DNA of 64,000 nucleotides, taken from positions 65,749-129,748 of the forward strand of contig PBAL01000099.1 of NCBI GenBank assembly GCA_002715965.1, given 5' to 3'. The translations under genes and the position numbers were made by a program. Source of the stretch: Verrucomicrobiales bacterium (lineage in GTDB: Bacteria > Verrucomicrobiota > Verrucomicrobiia > Limisphaerales > JAYPXF01). The notes beneath the pieces were generated by a model. That model was given only the letters and a program-made list of their open reading frames with translations, was not told the DNA's origin and made no database searches. Below are positions 55,169 through 64,000 of the stretch, piece by piece (positions within the stretch are counted from its first letter, which is position 1; every line of letters starts with the position of its first letter).

Positions 55169-55548
55169 CCGAATTCCCTCACTTTTGGCTGCCGCCCTTC
55201 TGTTGATGCCTGTTGAACGGAGCGGAACGGGATATCCAGTTGGCTGGCAATTTCAGACCCGGCAGCGGTAGGCCGGGTGGGATTTCCTCGTGTGAAATCG
55301 AAATCATTCAAAACACCGCCACGCCAGGTGAGGTAACTGTGATGCTTGAGTTGATGAGCGGACTTGGTCTCACCGACCAGCACCCCGTTCTCAACGCGCC
55401 ACAAACCCGGCGCGCCATCCCAGTTTTTCAGATCCTTGCCGTTGAAGAGACTTGTCCAGACGATCTCCCTTGGCTCGGACGCAAGTCCGCAGAGACAAAA
55501 CGAAACAACCAAGGCTGCGGTAAACGTCGTCCGCATGAGTCTCACCAA
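55138..55548 (-). pseudogene. Truncated DUF1080 (3-keto-disaccharide hydrolase-like) gene
   Basis: A signal peptide is followed by WTSLFNGKDLKNWDGAPGLWRVENGVLVGE...SYLTWRGGVLNDFDF, which is the N-terminal third of DUF1080. The sequence then becomes non-homologous and overlaps the Hpt start by 31 nt. Confidence 0.45.
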
Positions 55549-56324
55549 AGTGTGTAGCCGCCATCGATCACCAACGACGCGCCCGTCATATAACGCGATG
55601 CATCGGACGCCAGATAAACCGTCAGTGGACCGAGGTCCTCCGGTTCACCGAAAGCGCCCGCCGGAATCTGTGCTTCGAATTCACGTATCACCTCCGGGTT
55701 TTCCCTCGCCCAACGCTGATTCGGCTCGGTCATGAATCCGCCGGGACAGATGGCGTTGACCGTGATGCCATGAGGCGCCCAATCCGCAGCCGTCGCCCGG
55801 GTGAACTGAATGACCGCGGCCTTGGAAGTCTCATAGCTGCGCCCGCCGATTCCACGATTTGCGATCATGCCGGACACAGAGGCGATGTTGATGATCCGTC
55901 CACCCTTGCCCCGCTCAATCATCGCGCCACCGATGATCTTCGTGCATAGGAAGGTGCTGGTGAGATTGAGATCGAGGATGCGGCGCCATTCGTCCAAAGG
56001 CAGGTCTTCAGTCGGGATGTTGATCTGCCTGCCACCGATGTTGTTGATCAGAATGTCAATCGGCCCGTGCTTGGAGAGCAGCTCGGGACAAATTCGCTCC
56101 ACGAATTCGGGGTCTGCAAAATCACCTTGAACCGGAACGGCTTCCCGGCCGAGTGCGCGAATATCGTTGGCTGTCTGATTCAGGCTGTCGAGATTGCGGC
56201 CCGCCAGAATGACATCTGCCCCCGCGTCCGCGATCGCCAGTGCCATCTCTCGGCCCAAACCCCGACTCCCGCCTGTGATCAGGAGTTGGCGGTGGTCCAA
56301 TCGAAAACGATCAAGAATAGACAT
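55542..56324 (-). CDS. SDR family oxidoreductase (gluconate-5-dehydrogenase-like)
   Basis: ITGGSRGLG is followed by NNIG, then SYETSKAA (the YxxxK motif) and PGGFMT. Confidence 0.9.
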   Translation of the reverse strand: MSILDRFRLDHRQLLITGGSRGLGREMALAIADAGADVILAGRNLDSLNQTANDIRALGREAVPVQGDFADPEFVERICPELLSKHGPIDILINNIGGRQINIPTEDLPLDEWRRILDLNLTSTFLCTKIIGGAMIERGKGGRIINIASVSGMIANRGIGGRSYETSKAAVIQFTRATAADWAPHGITVNAICPGGFMTEPNQRWARENPEVIREFEAQIPAGAFGEPEDLGPLTVYLASDASRYMTGASLVIDGGYTLW

Positions 56325-56466
56325 CTTGGTTCGAGCGTGAATCGTAATCGTCCAGAATGCAATTCACTCCCCCCTCATGCCATGCTTGACCCCGTAGTTT
56401 CACATGAATTGGCCGAAGCGGTGAATGAATGAGGGTTTGGTGGCTTCAGTAAAGGGCGAAAGTGAT

Positions 56467-56641
56467 TTTTGCCGATTACTTCACAACTCCACCGCCCGCC
56501 ACGCCGAAGGCACCGCCATCGGTTTCAACAAGCGTAAGAAAGGCCAACGCAGCTACTATCCGCCGTGCTGCATGATCGCCCAGACCGGCCAAGCGCTCGA
56601 CCTGCATCATCACAACCGCTCGTCCACAGCTTTCGGACATA
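56467..56641 (+). mobile_element. Fragment of an IS1380/IS4-type DDE transposase (about 55 aa)
   Basis: [47 protein letters not shown] resembles the conserved DST...QEGA.GYNPKK.GR.SYHPL....A.TG..L...LR.GN block. No intact ORF or terminal repeats are seen. Confidence 0.4.
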
Positions 56642-56956
56642 TCTCGACGAATTAAAATGAAGAATCCTAACACGGAGCGATTTGCGAAAGAGATCTTGGG
56701 GAACACCAGTTCCGAAAATCGCCATCGACTCTCGGTTTACTTCTCGCTGATGCTGAAGTTTCAGAACCTGTTTTTAGTGCCGGGGTTCGCCTTGGCCGGA
56801 TCAGTTTTTTTTGGTTCTGTTGCGTTCATTGGATTCAAGTTCCTTACTCAGGGTCATTGGCAATGATGACCGAGGAATCTGTGATTGGATCCATTCGGAT
56901 CGAGGCTGCCGAATAAACCTTGTCTCCTCCAAGGGCGCACTGATTATCAATGAATC

Positions 56957-58267
56957 ATGAGACACATTGTTGCTGCCCTGATCCCCGTTTTGATGCCCTG
57001 TTTGGCATACGGCGCATCAGAGGGCCGTCCGCCCGGTCGTTGGGAAAAGTGGTCGGCGCGTGAAGGTCTCGAACCCAAGAGATCATATTCCAGGAAGCGC
57101 AATACCTGGACCATGTCCGGGAACGGCAGACCCATGCGGCATGGCGGGTGGGATCTTCATTGGGACGATGCCAAGCCGGGACGGTGGTATCGGTTCGAGG
57201 TTCATTGTGAAGCGACCGGGATAGACTCCATTCAAGAGAGCGCGCATGCAGAACTCATCTTCTGGAAGACCAAGGACGAACGCGCGAATTGGTTTCACGT
57301 CTCGTTTGAGAAAACTGCCGCCGGGAGATATCGCTTTAGTTCACAGGCACAGATGCCGAAGGATGCGATTCGCGCCACCGCAAGATTGATGCTCCGCTGG
57401 ACCGGGAAAGGATCGCTGAAGTGGAGCGATCCGACCTTGAAGGAAATCGCGCCGCCGTCCGAACGAAAGATCAAGGTGGCGATTATCACCGGTCGGCCAC
57501 CCGGGACCAGCGTGGAGGCGAACATGAAGTTCATGGAGCAACTCATCCGCGAAGCCGCTAAGGAAAAGGCTGAAATCATCTGCCTGCCGGAAGTCATCAC
57601 CACTTGGAAGATCAAGGAAGCCGCTCAGTCGGTTGCAAGTCCGATTCCCGGCAAGGAAACCAAGGTCCTTTCACGTTTGGCCAGGGAACTGAAGGTCGAC
57701 ATCAACCTTTCGATGCACGAGTTGGACAGCGACGGGTTGGTCTACAACACCGCGGTCTACATCGATCGGGACCGGGGCATTATCGGCAAGTATCGCAAGG
57801 TACATCTGGCTGTCGGAGAACGATGGAAGGGCATCACGCCCGGTGATGATTTTCCGGTTTGGGAAACGCGCTTTGGCAAGGCCGGCATGCTGATCTGCTA
57901 CGACAACGTACATCCGGAAGGACACCGCATCCTCTCACAGAAAGGCGCCGAGGTGATTTTCCTGCCCATCATGGGCGATCCGCGCGCCGTCGGAAACCGC
58001 GCCTACCAAAAATGGCTGGAGATCATGTCCGTTCGCGCAATGGACAATCATGTCTGGATGGTCGTCTGTCAGAACAATGGCGATCGCGGAGTCATCGTTC
58101 GGCCGGATGGGGAAGTGATTGCCGAGGTTGACCCCGGCAACGGATTCGCGATGGCGGAAATCGATCTGAACTTTCGATACGACAGCTGGATCGGCTCCGA
58201 TTTTCTGAACCGAAACTGGGGCGAGCGCCGGCCTGCTGTCTACCGGCGGATTGTTGAAGACAAGTGA
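56957..58267 (+). CDS. Exported carbon-nitrogen hydrolase (nitrilase superfamily) with an N-terminal extra domain of about 170 aa
   Basis: Signal peptide present. The C-N hydrolase triad contexts are ICLPEV (Glu), YRKVHL (Lys) and MLICYD (Cys). Confidence 0.8.
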   Translation: MRHIVAALIPVLMPCLAYGASEGRPPGRWEKWSAREGLEPKRSYSRKRNTWTMSGNGRPMRHGGWDLHWDDAKPGRWYRFEVHCEATGIDSIQESAHAELIFWKTKDERANWFHVSFEKTAAGRYRFSSQAQMPKDAIRATARLMLRWTGKGSLKWSDPTLKEIAPPSERKIKVAIITGRPPGTSVEANMKFMEQLIREAAKEKAEIICLPEVITTWKIKEAAQSVASPIPGKETKVLSRLARELKVDINLSMHELDSDGLVYNTAVYIDRDRGIIGKYRKVHLAVGERWKGITPGDDFPVWETRFGKAGMLICYDNVHPEGHRILSQKGAEVIFLPIMGDPRAVGNRAYQKWLEIMSVRAMDNHVWMVVCQNNGDRGVIVRPDGEVIAEVDPGNGFAMAEIDLNFRYDSWIGSDFLNRNWGERRPAVYRRIVEDK

Positions 58268-58381
58268 TTGCCTCTGCTGGATGACTTCACCCCTCGCGAC
58301 CTCTCTGCGCTCGTGGCTCGCCCGCTCGAAAGTGGCCTATTGCAATTCTGAACGGCTTGCGGATGATCGCCGTTGTTCGAC

Positions 58382-59185
58382 ATGAAAACATTTGCATTCC
58401 TCTATGCCTTTTTTGTCATCGCGTCACCTGATGTGAAATCCCAAACGGCCGGACAATCGAGCCAGCCACTGCCGACAATCCGCTGTGAGGGCGATTATCG
58501 GCATCATCTCCAAGGCGTCTGCTTTGATTCCAAGGGCGATATCTACTGGAGTTTCACCACGGCGCTCGTAAAGACGGATTCCACCGGAAAGAAAATCAAG
58601 CAGGTCGAGGTCGTCTATCATCATGGAGACCTCTGTTATGTTGGCGATCGAATCTACATTGCCGTCAACCTCGGACCGTTCAATCACCCGGATGGCAAGG
58701 CAGATTCGTGGGTCTACGTTTATGATCGGGATCTGAAGTTCCTCTCAAAACATCGCACTCCCGAGGTGATCTATGGCGCCGGCGGGATGGATTCAGACCG
58801 CGGCAGGTTCTTCGTCATTGGTGGACTGCCTGAAAGCCACCAACAAAACTACGTCTACGAATACGACCGGGAATTCAAGTTCATCAAGCGGCACGAGATT
58901 TCCAGCGGACAAACCCGATTGGGAATTCAGGCTGCGGCGCTCATCGACAACCAGTGGTGGTTCGGGTGCTATGGCAGCCCTCGCGAGACGCTGAGGACGG
59001 ATGCGAATTTCAAGATGTTGGACCGGTATGAATTCGATTGTGCATATGGGATCGCGGCCGACCCGGCCGGGAGAATATACACTGCGACCGGTCCGCCTTC
59101 GGACACTTCGGACAAGCGCTGGCTTGGTGCGCTCCACCTCACCAAGAAAGATTCGAAGCTACGATTGAAACGAAAAACGAAGTGA
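58382..59185 (+). CDS. Hypothetical exported beta-rich protein
   Basis: Start set at ATG 58382 (MKTFAFLYAFFVIASP). GC content looks lower than the surroundings. No family recognised. Confidence 0.6.
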   Translation: MKTFAFLYAFFVIASPDVKSQTAGQSSQPLPTIRCEGDYRHHLQGVCFDSKGDIYWSFTTALVKTDSTGKKIKQVEVVYHHGDLCYVGDRIYIAVNLGPFNHPDGKADSWVYVYDRDLKFLSKHRTPEVIYGAGGMDSDRGRFFVIGGLPESHQQNYVYEYDREFKFIKRHEISSGQTRLGIQAAALIDNQWWFGCYGSPRETLRTDANFKMLDRYEFDCAYGIAADPAGRIYTATGPPSDTSDKRWLGALHLTKKDSKLRLKRKTK

Positions 59186-59348
59186 GTGCGATCGGGTCGG
59201 GAAGCTTCTGCTGAGCCCCTGATCATTCGGTGAGCACCCCCAAAAAACGGCCGGCACGCCACGCTGTTCCAACGTCCGGAACTGCCCACGAAAAGCCATT
59301 CCGGCTCAGCGAGAGTTGTCCTGCAAATATCGGTGTCCGCGTGCGTTT

Positions 59349-61259
59349 CTACTCAGTGACCGTCACAATCGCCTCGGACCATTCGCGGAGGTCGATGTCC
59401 TTGGATGAAACATCCGAGGTGATGATGTAGTTACCCGGTTTCACGTTCCCCGCGACTTCAACGACGAAGGGCAGTTCCGTCTTCCCACCGCCTTTCAAGT
59501 TCACCTTTTGTTTTCCTCGAATCAGTTTGAATCCCTCAGGCAGATTCAGCTTGAACGAGAAGTCACGGGCCTTTGGCGAGTGATTGTAGAACCGGAACTT
59601 GAAGGGGATTCGTTTGCCACCTTTGGTTTCCACCCCGTAGGGGTAGAACCACGCCCATTGTTCATCGATGCCGTAGTTGGCGTTGTCCCAGGGCACCAGG
59701 TCGCTGAGCATGTAGCGGCGCCGTTTGTAGCTGTCCTCCAGAAAATTCAGCTGGCCGTCGGTGTAGCTGAAGATGTAGGGGACGTGCTCGTTCATGAGAT
59801 AGAAGCGGTCCTTTGATCCCTGCATTTCGCGGATGATGTTGAAGCAGCGGAAATAGCCCGTGTCGTCGTGCATCAGGTTGCGATTCAGCACGCAGTAGTC
59901 ATCCATTCCCGATGGAGTGAATGCGTCGCCCACAAAGAAGATCTTTTTGGATCCGGGTTTTTCGACGAAGAGTGCGCCGTGATAGAGCGTCTGTCCCGGG
60001 AAGAAGCGGAAGGTCAGGGTGTACTCGTGCCATTTCATGACGGCCCCGTCTTTTTTGCCGATGACTTCCTTGATGGCGAAGGGCGTGCCGGCGGGCATGT
60101 GATAGGCGCCGGGTTTTTCAAGGATATCCTCGTACTCCACGGTCGAATAGACGGGACACTTGAATTCCTCCGCGGCGCGCTGGACATAGTGTGTGTGATC
60201 CCCATGATAATGAGTCACAAACAGCCCTTCCACCTTCGTGACAACACCGTCCTTCATCAGCCCCTTCACAAAGTCGATGTAACGTTCGCTGCCACAATCG
60301 AGGAGGAAAGCAGCTCCGCTTTCAGAAACGATCACGCGGGTCGTTCCCGTGTTGATCACCCACTCGGGGAGATCTTCATGATGTGAGTACGGCATCAATG
60401 AGTAATTCGCACCTTCGCCAAGAATTCGGTCGGCACAGGCCTTCATTCGGTCCTCCTTGAAGTACCAGTAGAGCGCATTGGTGGAGAGGTAGTTGCGATA
60501 CATCGCCTTGATCCGGCCGATCAGTCTCTTGATCGACCCTTGAACGTCACGGATGACCGGACCGCGGGCGGGGATGATCAAGTCGGGATTCAGTTCCGCA
60601 ATTCTTTCCAGACTCACGATGAGTTCAGCCAGGCGCGATCCGTATCCGTGGTAACCGCCGATCTTTGCCGCGGGAATGCGATCCTGAAAGCTGTAGAGAT
60701 CGAAGATCTTTCCATCCCCATAAATCAGGTCGCCGGTGAACGCGACCTTCTTGCCATCGATTTTGGCTAGGTAGGAAACGGCATCCCGGGTGAAACCAGG
60801 CGTGTCGAAGACCTTTATGTCGATGCCGCTGAAGGAAACCGTGTCGCCTTCCGTCACCCCGCGCGAAACCGGGAATGGCCTACGGATCATCTTGGTCGTT
60901 TGCTGTGCGGCGTCCTTGAGCCGAATCTTGATGAAGTCTTCCCACTGCTTGCCGGGTTCCTCGAAGTACTTCCGTTCCTTTTCGGGGACCACCAGTTTGG
61001 CCCCGGCATCCACCAACTCACGTGCCACCCAGACCACGTCGCGTCGGTGATGCGTTGCCAATACCGTATCGACCGTCCGAGTGTGCGCCCGTGGATCGCC
61101 GTAAACCGCGAGGCGCTTCTCGCCCTTCGTGACGATCGCCCCGTTGATTGCGCCCGGGTGAAATTCAAGGCTGGGACTCAATCGCTCGGCCCGGGAGAAT
61201 TGAGTTGCGGACAGAAGTATGGCGACGACGAGGATTCGCGGAAGCGTGTGGCTGGACAT
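59349..61259 (-). CDS. Exported tandem MBL-fold protein (degenerate + canonical) with a C-terminal beta-sandwich
   Basis: Signal peptide present. The first MBL-like half carries ATHHRRD instead of HxHxDH. The second half has the canonical THYHGDH. The tail (PGNYIITSDV) resembles CARDB/NEW3-type domains. Confidence 0.75.
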   Translation of the reverse strand: MSSHTLPRILVVAILLSATQFSRAERLSPSLEFHPGAINGAIVTKGEKRLAVYGDPRAHTRTVDTVLATHHRRDVVWVARELVDAGAKLVVPEKERKYFEEPGKQWEDFIKIRLKDAAQQTTKMIRRPFPVSRGVTEGDTVSFSGIDIKVFDTPGFTRDAVSYLAKIDGKKVAFTGDLIYGDGKIFDLYSFQDRIPAAKIGGYHGYGSRLAELIVSLERIAELNPDLIIPARGPVIRDVQGSIKRLIGRIKAMYRNYLSTNALYWYFKEDRMKACADRILGEGANYSLMPYSHHEDLPEWVINTGTTRVIVSESGAAFLLDCGSERYIDFVKGLMKDGVVTKVEGLFVTHYHGDHTHYVQRAAEEFKCPVYSTVEYEDILEKPGAYHMPAGTPFAIKEVIGKKDGAVMKWHEYTLTFRFFPGQTLYHGALFVEKPGSKKIFFVGDAFTPSGMDDYCVLNRNLMHDDTGYFRCFNIIREMQGSKDRFYLMNEHVPYIFSYTDGQLNFLEDSYKRRRYMLSDLVPWDNANYGIDEQWAWFYPYGVETKGGKRIPFKFRFYNHSPKARDFSFKLNLPEGFKLIRGKQKVNLKGGGKTELPFVVEVAGNVKPGNYIITSDVSSKDIDLREWSEAIVTVTE

Positions 61260-61362
61260 GGGCGGACATTAGCAAGTCACCGCGCGCAGGGAACAGAAAA
61301 GGAGGAGGTGCCGCTCACCATCAAGTCTTGGCAAGGCCGTGATCTGTCGTTAGTGACTTTCC

Positions 61363-62763
61363 GTGCCCAAGACATATTTCCTACCCCTGAACAAGCGGCC
61401 TTCCACCCGCAGGCAGTTCCTTGCGACCGGTGGTGCGTGCGCGGCCGGATTCGCAATCGGATGCCAGACACCGTCGCAGAAATCGTCCAAACCAGAGAAC
61501 AAGACCGTTCGCAAATCCAGGCCAAAGAAAGTCCGACTGGCGGGCATTGGGGTCGGTGGCAAGGGCGCGGTGGACATTGCGGGTTGCGCGAAGGCCGGTG
61601 CGGAGTTTGTGGCCTTGTGCGATATCGACAAGAAGCGCCTCGATGCCGCGAAGAAACGTTATCCACGTGCGAAGACGTTTACCGACTATCGCGAGATGTT
61701 GGAGGAGGTGAATGACATCCAGGGCGTAACGATCAGCACGCCGGATCATCATCACGCACCCGCAGCCATTCGGGCGATTGAGAAGGGTCTTTCGACTTTC
61801 GTTCAGAAACCACTGACGCACTCGATCCATGAGGCACGTATCTTGACGCTTGCCGCACGTCAGCATGGGGTTCAGACCTTGATGGGCAACCAGGGGCATT
61901 CGGGCAACGATGTCCGCAACTTCTGCGAATTGATCTGGGCTGGCGCGATCGGGCCGGTTCGTGAAGCGCACATCTGGACCAATCGACCCGTGTGGCCCCA
62001 GGCACTCGATCGTCCTACACGGCAGGACCCGGTACCGGACTGGTTGGATTGGGAAGGCTTTCTTGGACCGGCCCGCTGGCGTCCCTACGTCGGACCGGGC
62101 GAAGGCTCGCGCGGACGTGGCGCCTACAATCCCTTCAACTGGCGCGGCTGGTGGGATTTTGGCACCGGCGCCCTGGGCGACATGGCATGTCACCTGATGG
62201 ACCCGGCTGTGTGGGCGCTCAAATTGGGTGTACCCGATACCGTCGAGGCTGGGAGTGAAGGCGCGAACGACGAGACCGGACCCGAGTGGTCAATCATCAC
62301 CTATGAGTTCCCGTCACGTGGTGAAATGCCTCCGGTCAAGGTGGTCTGGTATGACGGCGGCAAGAAGCCGAGCAATGAATTGCTTGGCTTGAAGAAAGAC
62401 GAAGAATCTCCGGCCAACGGTTCCTTGTTCATCGGAGACGCCGGGAAGCTGACCTGCGGAACCTACGGTGGCAGTCCACAGTTCACGCCCGATTCGAAGG
62501 TGCAACGTTTTCCAAAGCCCGACCAGCTACTGGAACGATCACCCGGGCATTACCGCGAGTTCGTGGGCGCGATCAACGGCAAGCCATTGGGCAATGCCTC
62601 GAACTTCGATTTCGCCGGCCCCTTCACCGAAATGGTGCTTCTCGGCAACCTCGCGATTCGCACCGGCCGCAAGGTGGAATGGGATACAGTGGAATTGAAC
62701 GCGACGAACATGGATGTCTCACACCTGGTGAAGCGTGAATACCGCGACGGCTGGGATGTTTGA
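61363..62763 (+). CDS. Tat-exported Gfo/Idh/MocA family oxidoreductase
   Basis: Twin-arginine signal (STRRQFLATGGA). The Rossmann N-terminus reads VRLAGIGVGGKG, followed by ISTPDHHHA. Confidence 0.9.
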   Translation: MPKTYFLPLNKRPSTRRQFLATGGACAAGFAIGCQTPSQKSSKPENKTVRKSRPKKVRLAGIGVGGKGAVDIAGCAKAGAEFVALCDIDKKRLDAAKKRYPRAKTFTDYREMLEEVNDIQGVTISTPDHHHAPAAIRAIEKGLSTFVQKPLTHSIHEARILTLAARQHGVQTLMGNQGHSGNDVRNFCELIWAGAIGPVREAHIWTNRPVWPQALDRPTRQDPVPDWLDWEGFLGPARWRPYVGPGEGSRGRGAYNPFNWRGWWDFGTGALGDMACHLMDPAVWALKLGVPDTVEAGSEGANDETGPEWSIITYEFPSRGEMPPVKVVWYDGGKKPSNELLGLKKDEESPANGSLFIGDAGKLTCGTYGGSPQFTPDSKVQRFPKPDQLLERSPGHYREFVGAINGKPLGNASNFDFAGPFTEMVLLGNLAIRTGRKVEWDTVELNATNMDVSHLVKREYRDGWDV

Positions 62764-62828
62764 CCGAAGTGTCGGGGTGACCCAGCATTGACCTTTACCG
62801 GGCCGGGCTGAGTGCCTACGTTGCGCAG

Positions 62829-63668
62829 GTGCCGGAAACGTCAGTCCAGAACGCTGAACCGATGTCGCTGATCGGGCGCTACTTTGCGTTCGTGGCGCGC
62901 AGTTGTGCGTATATCAAGGACACGGTGCGAAGCGTGGGTGCGTTTGCGCTCATTACGCTCGGGGTGACATTCACGAAATTTGGAGAATCGCGTCAGGTCA
63001 TCTGGCCGTTGATCCGCAAGCAGATTGCCCGCGCGGGAGTCAGGCTGCTTCCAGCAAGCATCTTTCTGGGCAGCGTGTTGGGTCTGGCGATTATCGGACA
63101 GATGGTCTCGCTGCTGACTCGGGTGGGCGCGATCGATGTCATTGGCAAAGTGATGGAAACCGTGGTCGTTCGTGAACTGGGTCCGCTGGCCGCAGCTTTG
63201 ATGGTGCTGGGTCGCGTCGGCACGGCCACCGTGATCGAGCTGGGAACGAAGCGAGCGCAGGGTGAAGTGGAGGCTCTGGAGGCGTTGGGGATCGATCCGG
63301 TGCATTACCTGGTGGTTCCACGGGTGGTGGGACTGGCGTTCTCGATTTTTTCACTCACCGTGTATCTGATCATCACGGTCATCGTGAGTGGTTTCCTCTT
63401 CGCGTTCCTGACCGATGTGCCGATTGAACCGGAGGTTTATTTCGGTCAGATCGTCGACAATATTTCGTACCAGGATTTCATCTTTCTTGCGATCAAGACG
63501 CTCTTGTTTGGAACAATCATCGCCGTGGTCACCTGTTATCACGGCCTCGCTCAACCCATTCGTCTGGAGCACGTTTCCATCGCTGCCAATCACGCGGTCA
63601 GCCAATCGGTCATCGCCTGCCTGTTGTTGAACGCGGTCTTCGTCGTCAGCTACATCGTCACCTCGTGA
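62829..63668 (+). CDS. mlaE: MlaE-type ABC transporter permease
   Basis: VVRELGPLAAALMVLGRVGTATVIELGTKRAQGEVEALEALGIDP is the conserved MlaE core. The start may be ATG 62862. Confidence 0.85.
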   Translation: MPETSVQNAEPMSLIGRYFAFVARSCAYIKDTVRSVGAFALITLGVTFTKFGESRQVIWPLIRKQIARAGVRLLPASIFLGSVLGLAIIGQMVSLLTRVGAIDVIGKVMETVVVRELGPLAAALMVLGRVGTATVIELGTKRAQGEVEALEALGIDPVHYLVVPRVVGLAFSIFSLTVYLIITVIVSGFLFAFLTDVPIEPEVYFGQIVDNISYQDFIFLAIKTLLFGTIIAVVTCYHGLAQPIRLEHVSIAANHAVSQSVIACLLLNAVFVVSYIVTS

Positions 63669-64000
63669 GTTTGGAAAACGGCCAATCGATTGTGCAATTG
63701 CGCGAAGCAAGCATCGCGCTTTCCGACCATCGCAGCTTGAAGGTGGACAACTGGACGCTTTTACCGGGCGAGTTCTGGGTGGTCGGCGGATTGAATTGGA
63801 CTGGAAAGACCGAATGGCTCATGACCGCGGCCGGCCTGCAACCGGTTGGTGCGGGTCAACAATCCATCTTCGGAACACCGCTGACTCGATTGACCAGCGC
63901 CGAGCGCATCGCGAACCGTCGGCGCATGGGCTTTGTCTTCGAACACACCGGGCGATTGTTTGCTGAACTCTCAGTCGCCGAGAATGTGATGCTTCCCTTG
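63665..64000 (+). CDS. ABC transporter ATP-binding protein (MlaF-like), 5' part, runs off the window
   Basis: This ORF is not in the supplied track because it is open at the window edge. GTG 63665 overlaps the mlaE stop (GTGA). My translation reads ...LPGEFWVVGGLNWTGKTEWLMTAAGLQP...RRRMGFVFEH..LF..LSVAENVMLPL, which gives a Walker A and a Q-loop region. Confidence 0.75.
   Translation, partial: MSLENGQSIVQLREASIALSDHRSLKVDNWTLLPGEFWVVGGLNWTGKTEWLMTAAGLQPVGAGQQSIFGTPLTRLTSAERIANRRRMGFVFEHTGRLFAELSVAENVMLPL

Noticed and set aside
63740-63790. Apparently odd Walker A (GGLNWTGKT) in the MlaF-like ATPase
   Set aside because: It still satisfies GxxxxGK[ST]. The unusual residues alone are not evidence of degeneracy.

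Overview
GC-rich chromosomal segment that looks like a PVC-group bacterium (Verrucomicrobiota or Planctomycetota style). The pointers are two PSCyt/DUF1549/DUF1553 + DUF1501 gene pairs, several formylglycine-type sulfatases, NHL beta-propellers, PA14, DUF1080-like jelly rolls, and many Sec/Tat-exported enzymes. These sit among housekeeping genes: accD, lpxK, coaD, an lptD-like gene and mlaE/mlaF-like genes. I support about 50 coding regions. All product calls come from reading motifs in the supplied translations; no database search was run. I found no rRNA, tRNA or CRISPR array.

The features most worth a second look:
1. A tightly coupled three-gene exported operon at 38711-44821, with no assignable function. 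It encodes a 1023-aa coiled-coil protein, an alpha/alpha-toroid prenyltransferase-repeat protein, and a PA14 protein. The PA14 protein has a charged tail with tyrosines spaced seven residues apart.
2. A dispersed intergenic repeat family of about 40-75 nt, with at least five copies, including an inverted pair.
3. An unusually high density of gene relics: a Clp-type AAA+ gene with its ATPase core deleted, a chimeric sigma-54 activator fragment, a MOSC C-terminus, a dehydrogenase/beta-propeller fragment, an outer-membrane-protein last strand, a truncated DUF1080 gene and a transposase scrap.
4. Several unusual domain fusions: S1C protease + jelly roll + SirB1-like, REC + MBL hydrolase, and an exported C-N hydrolase.
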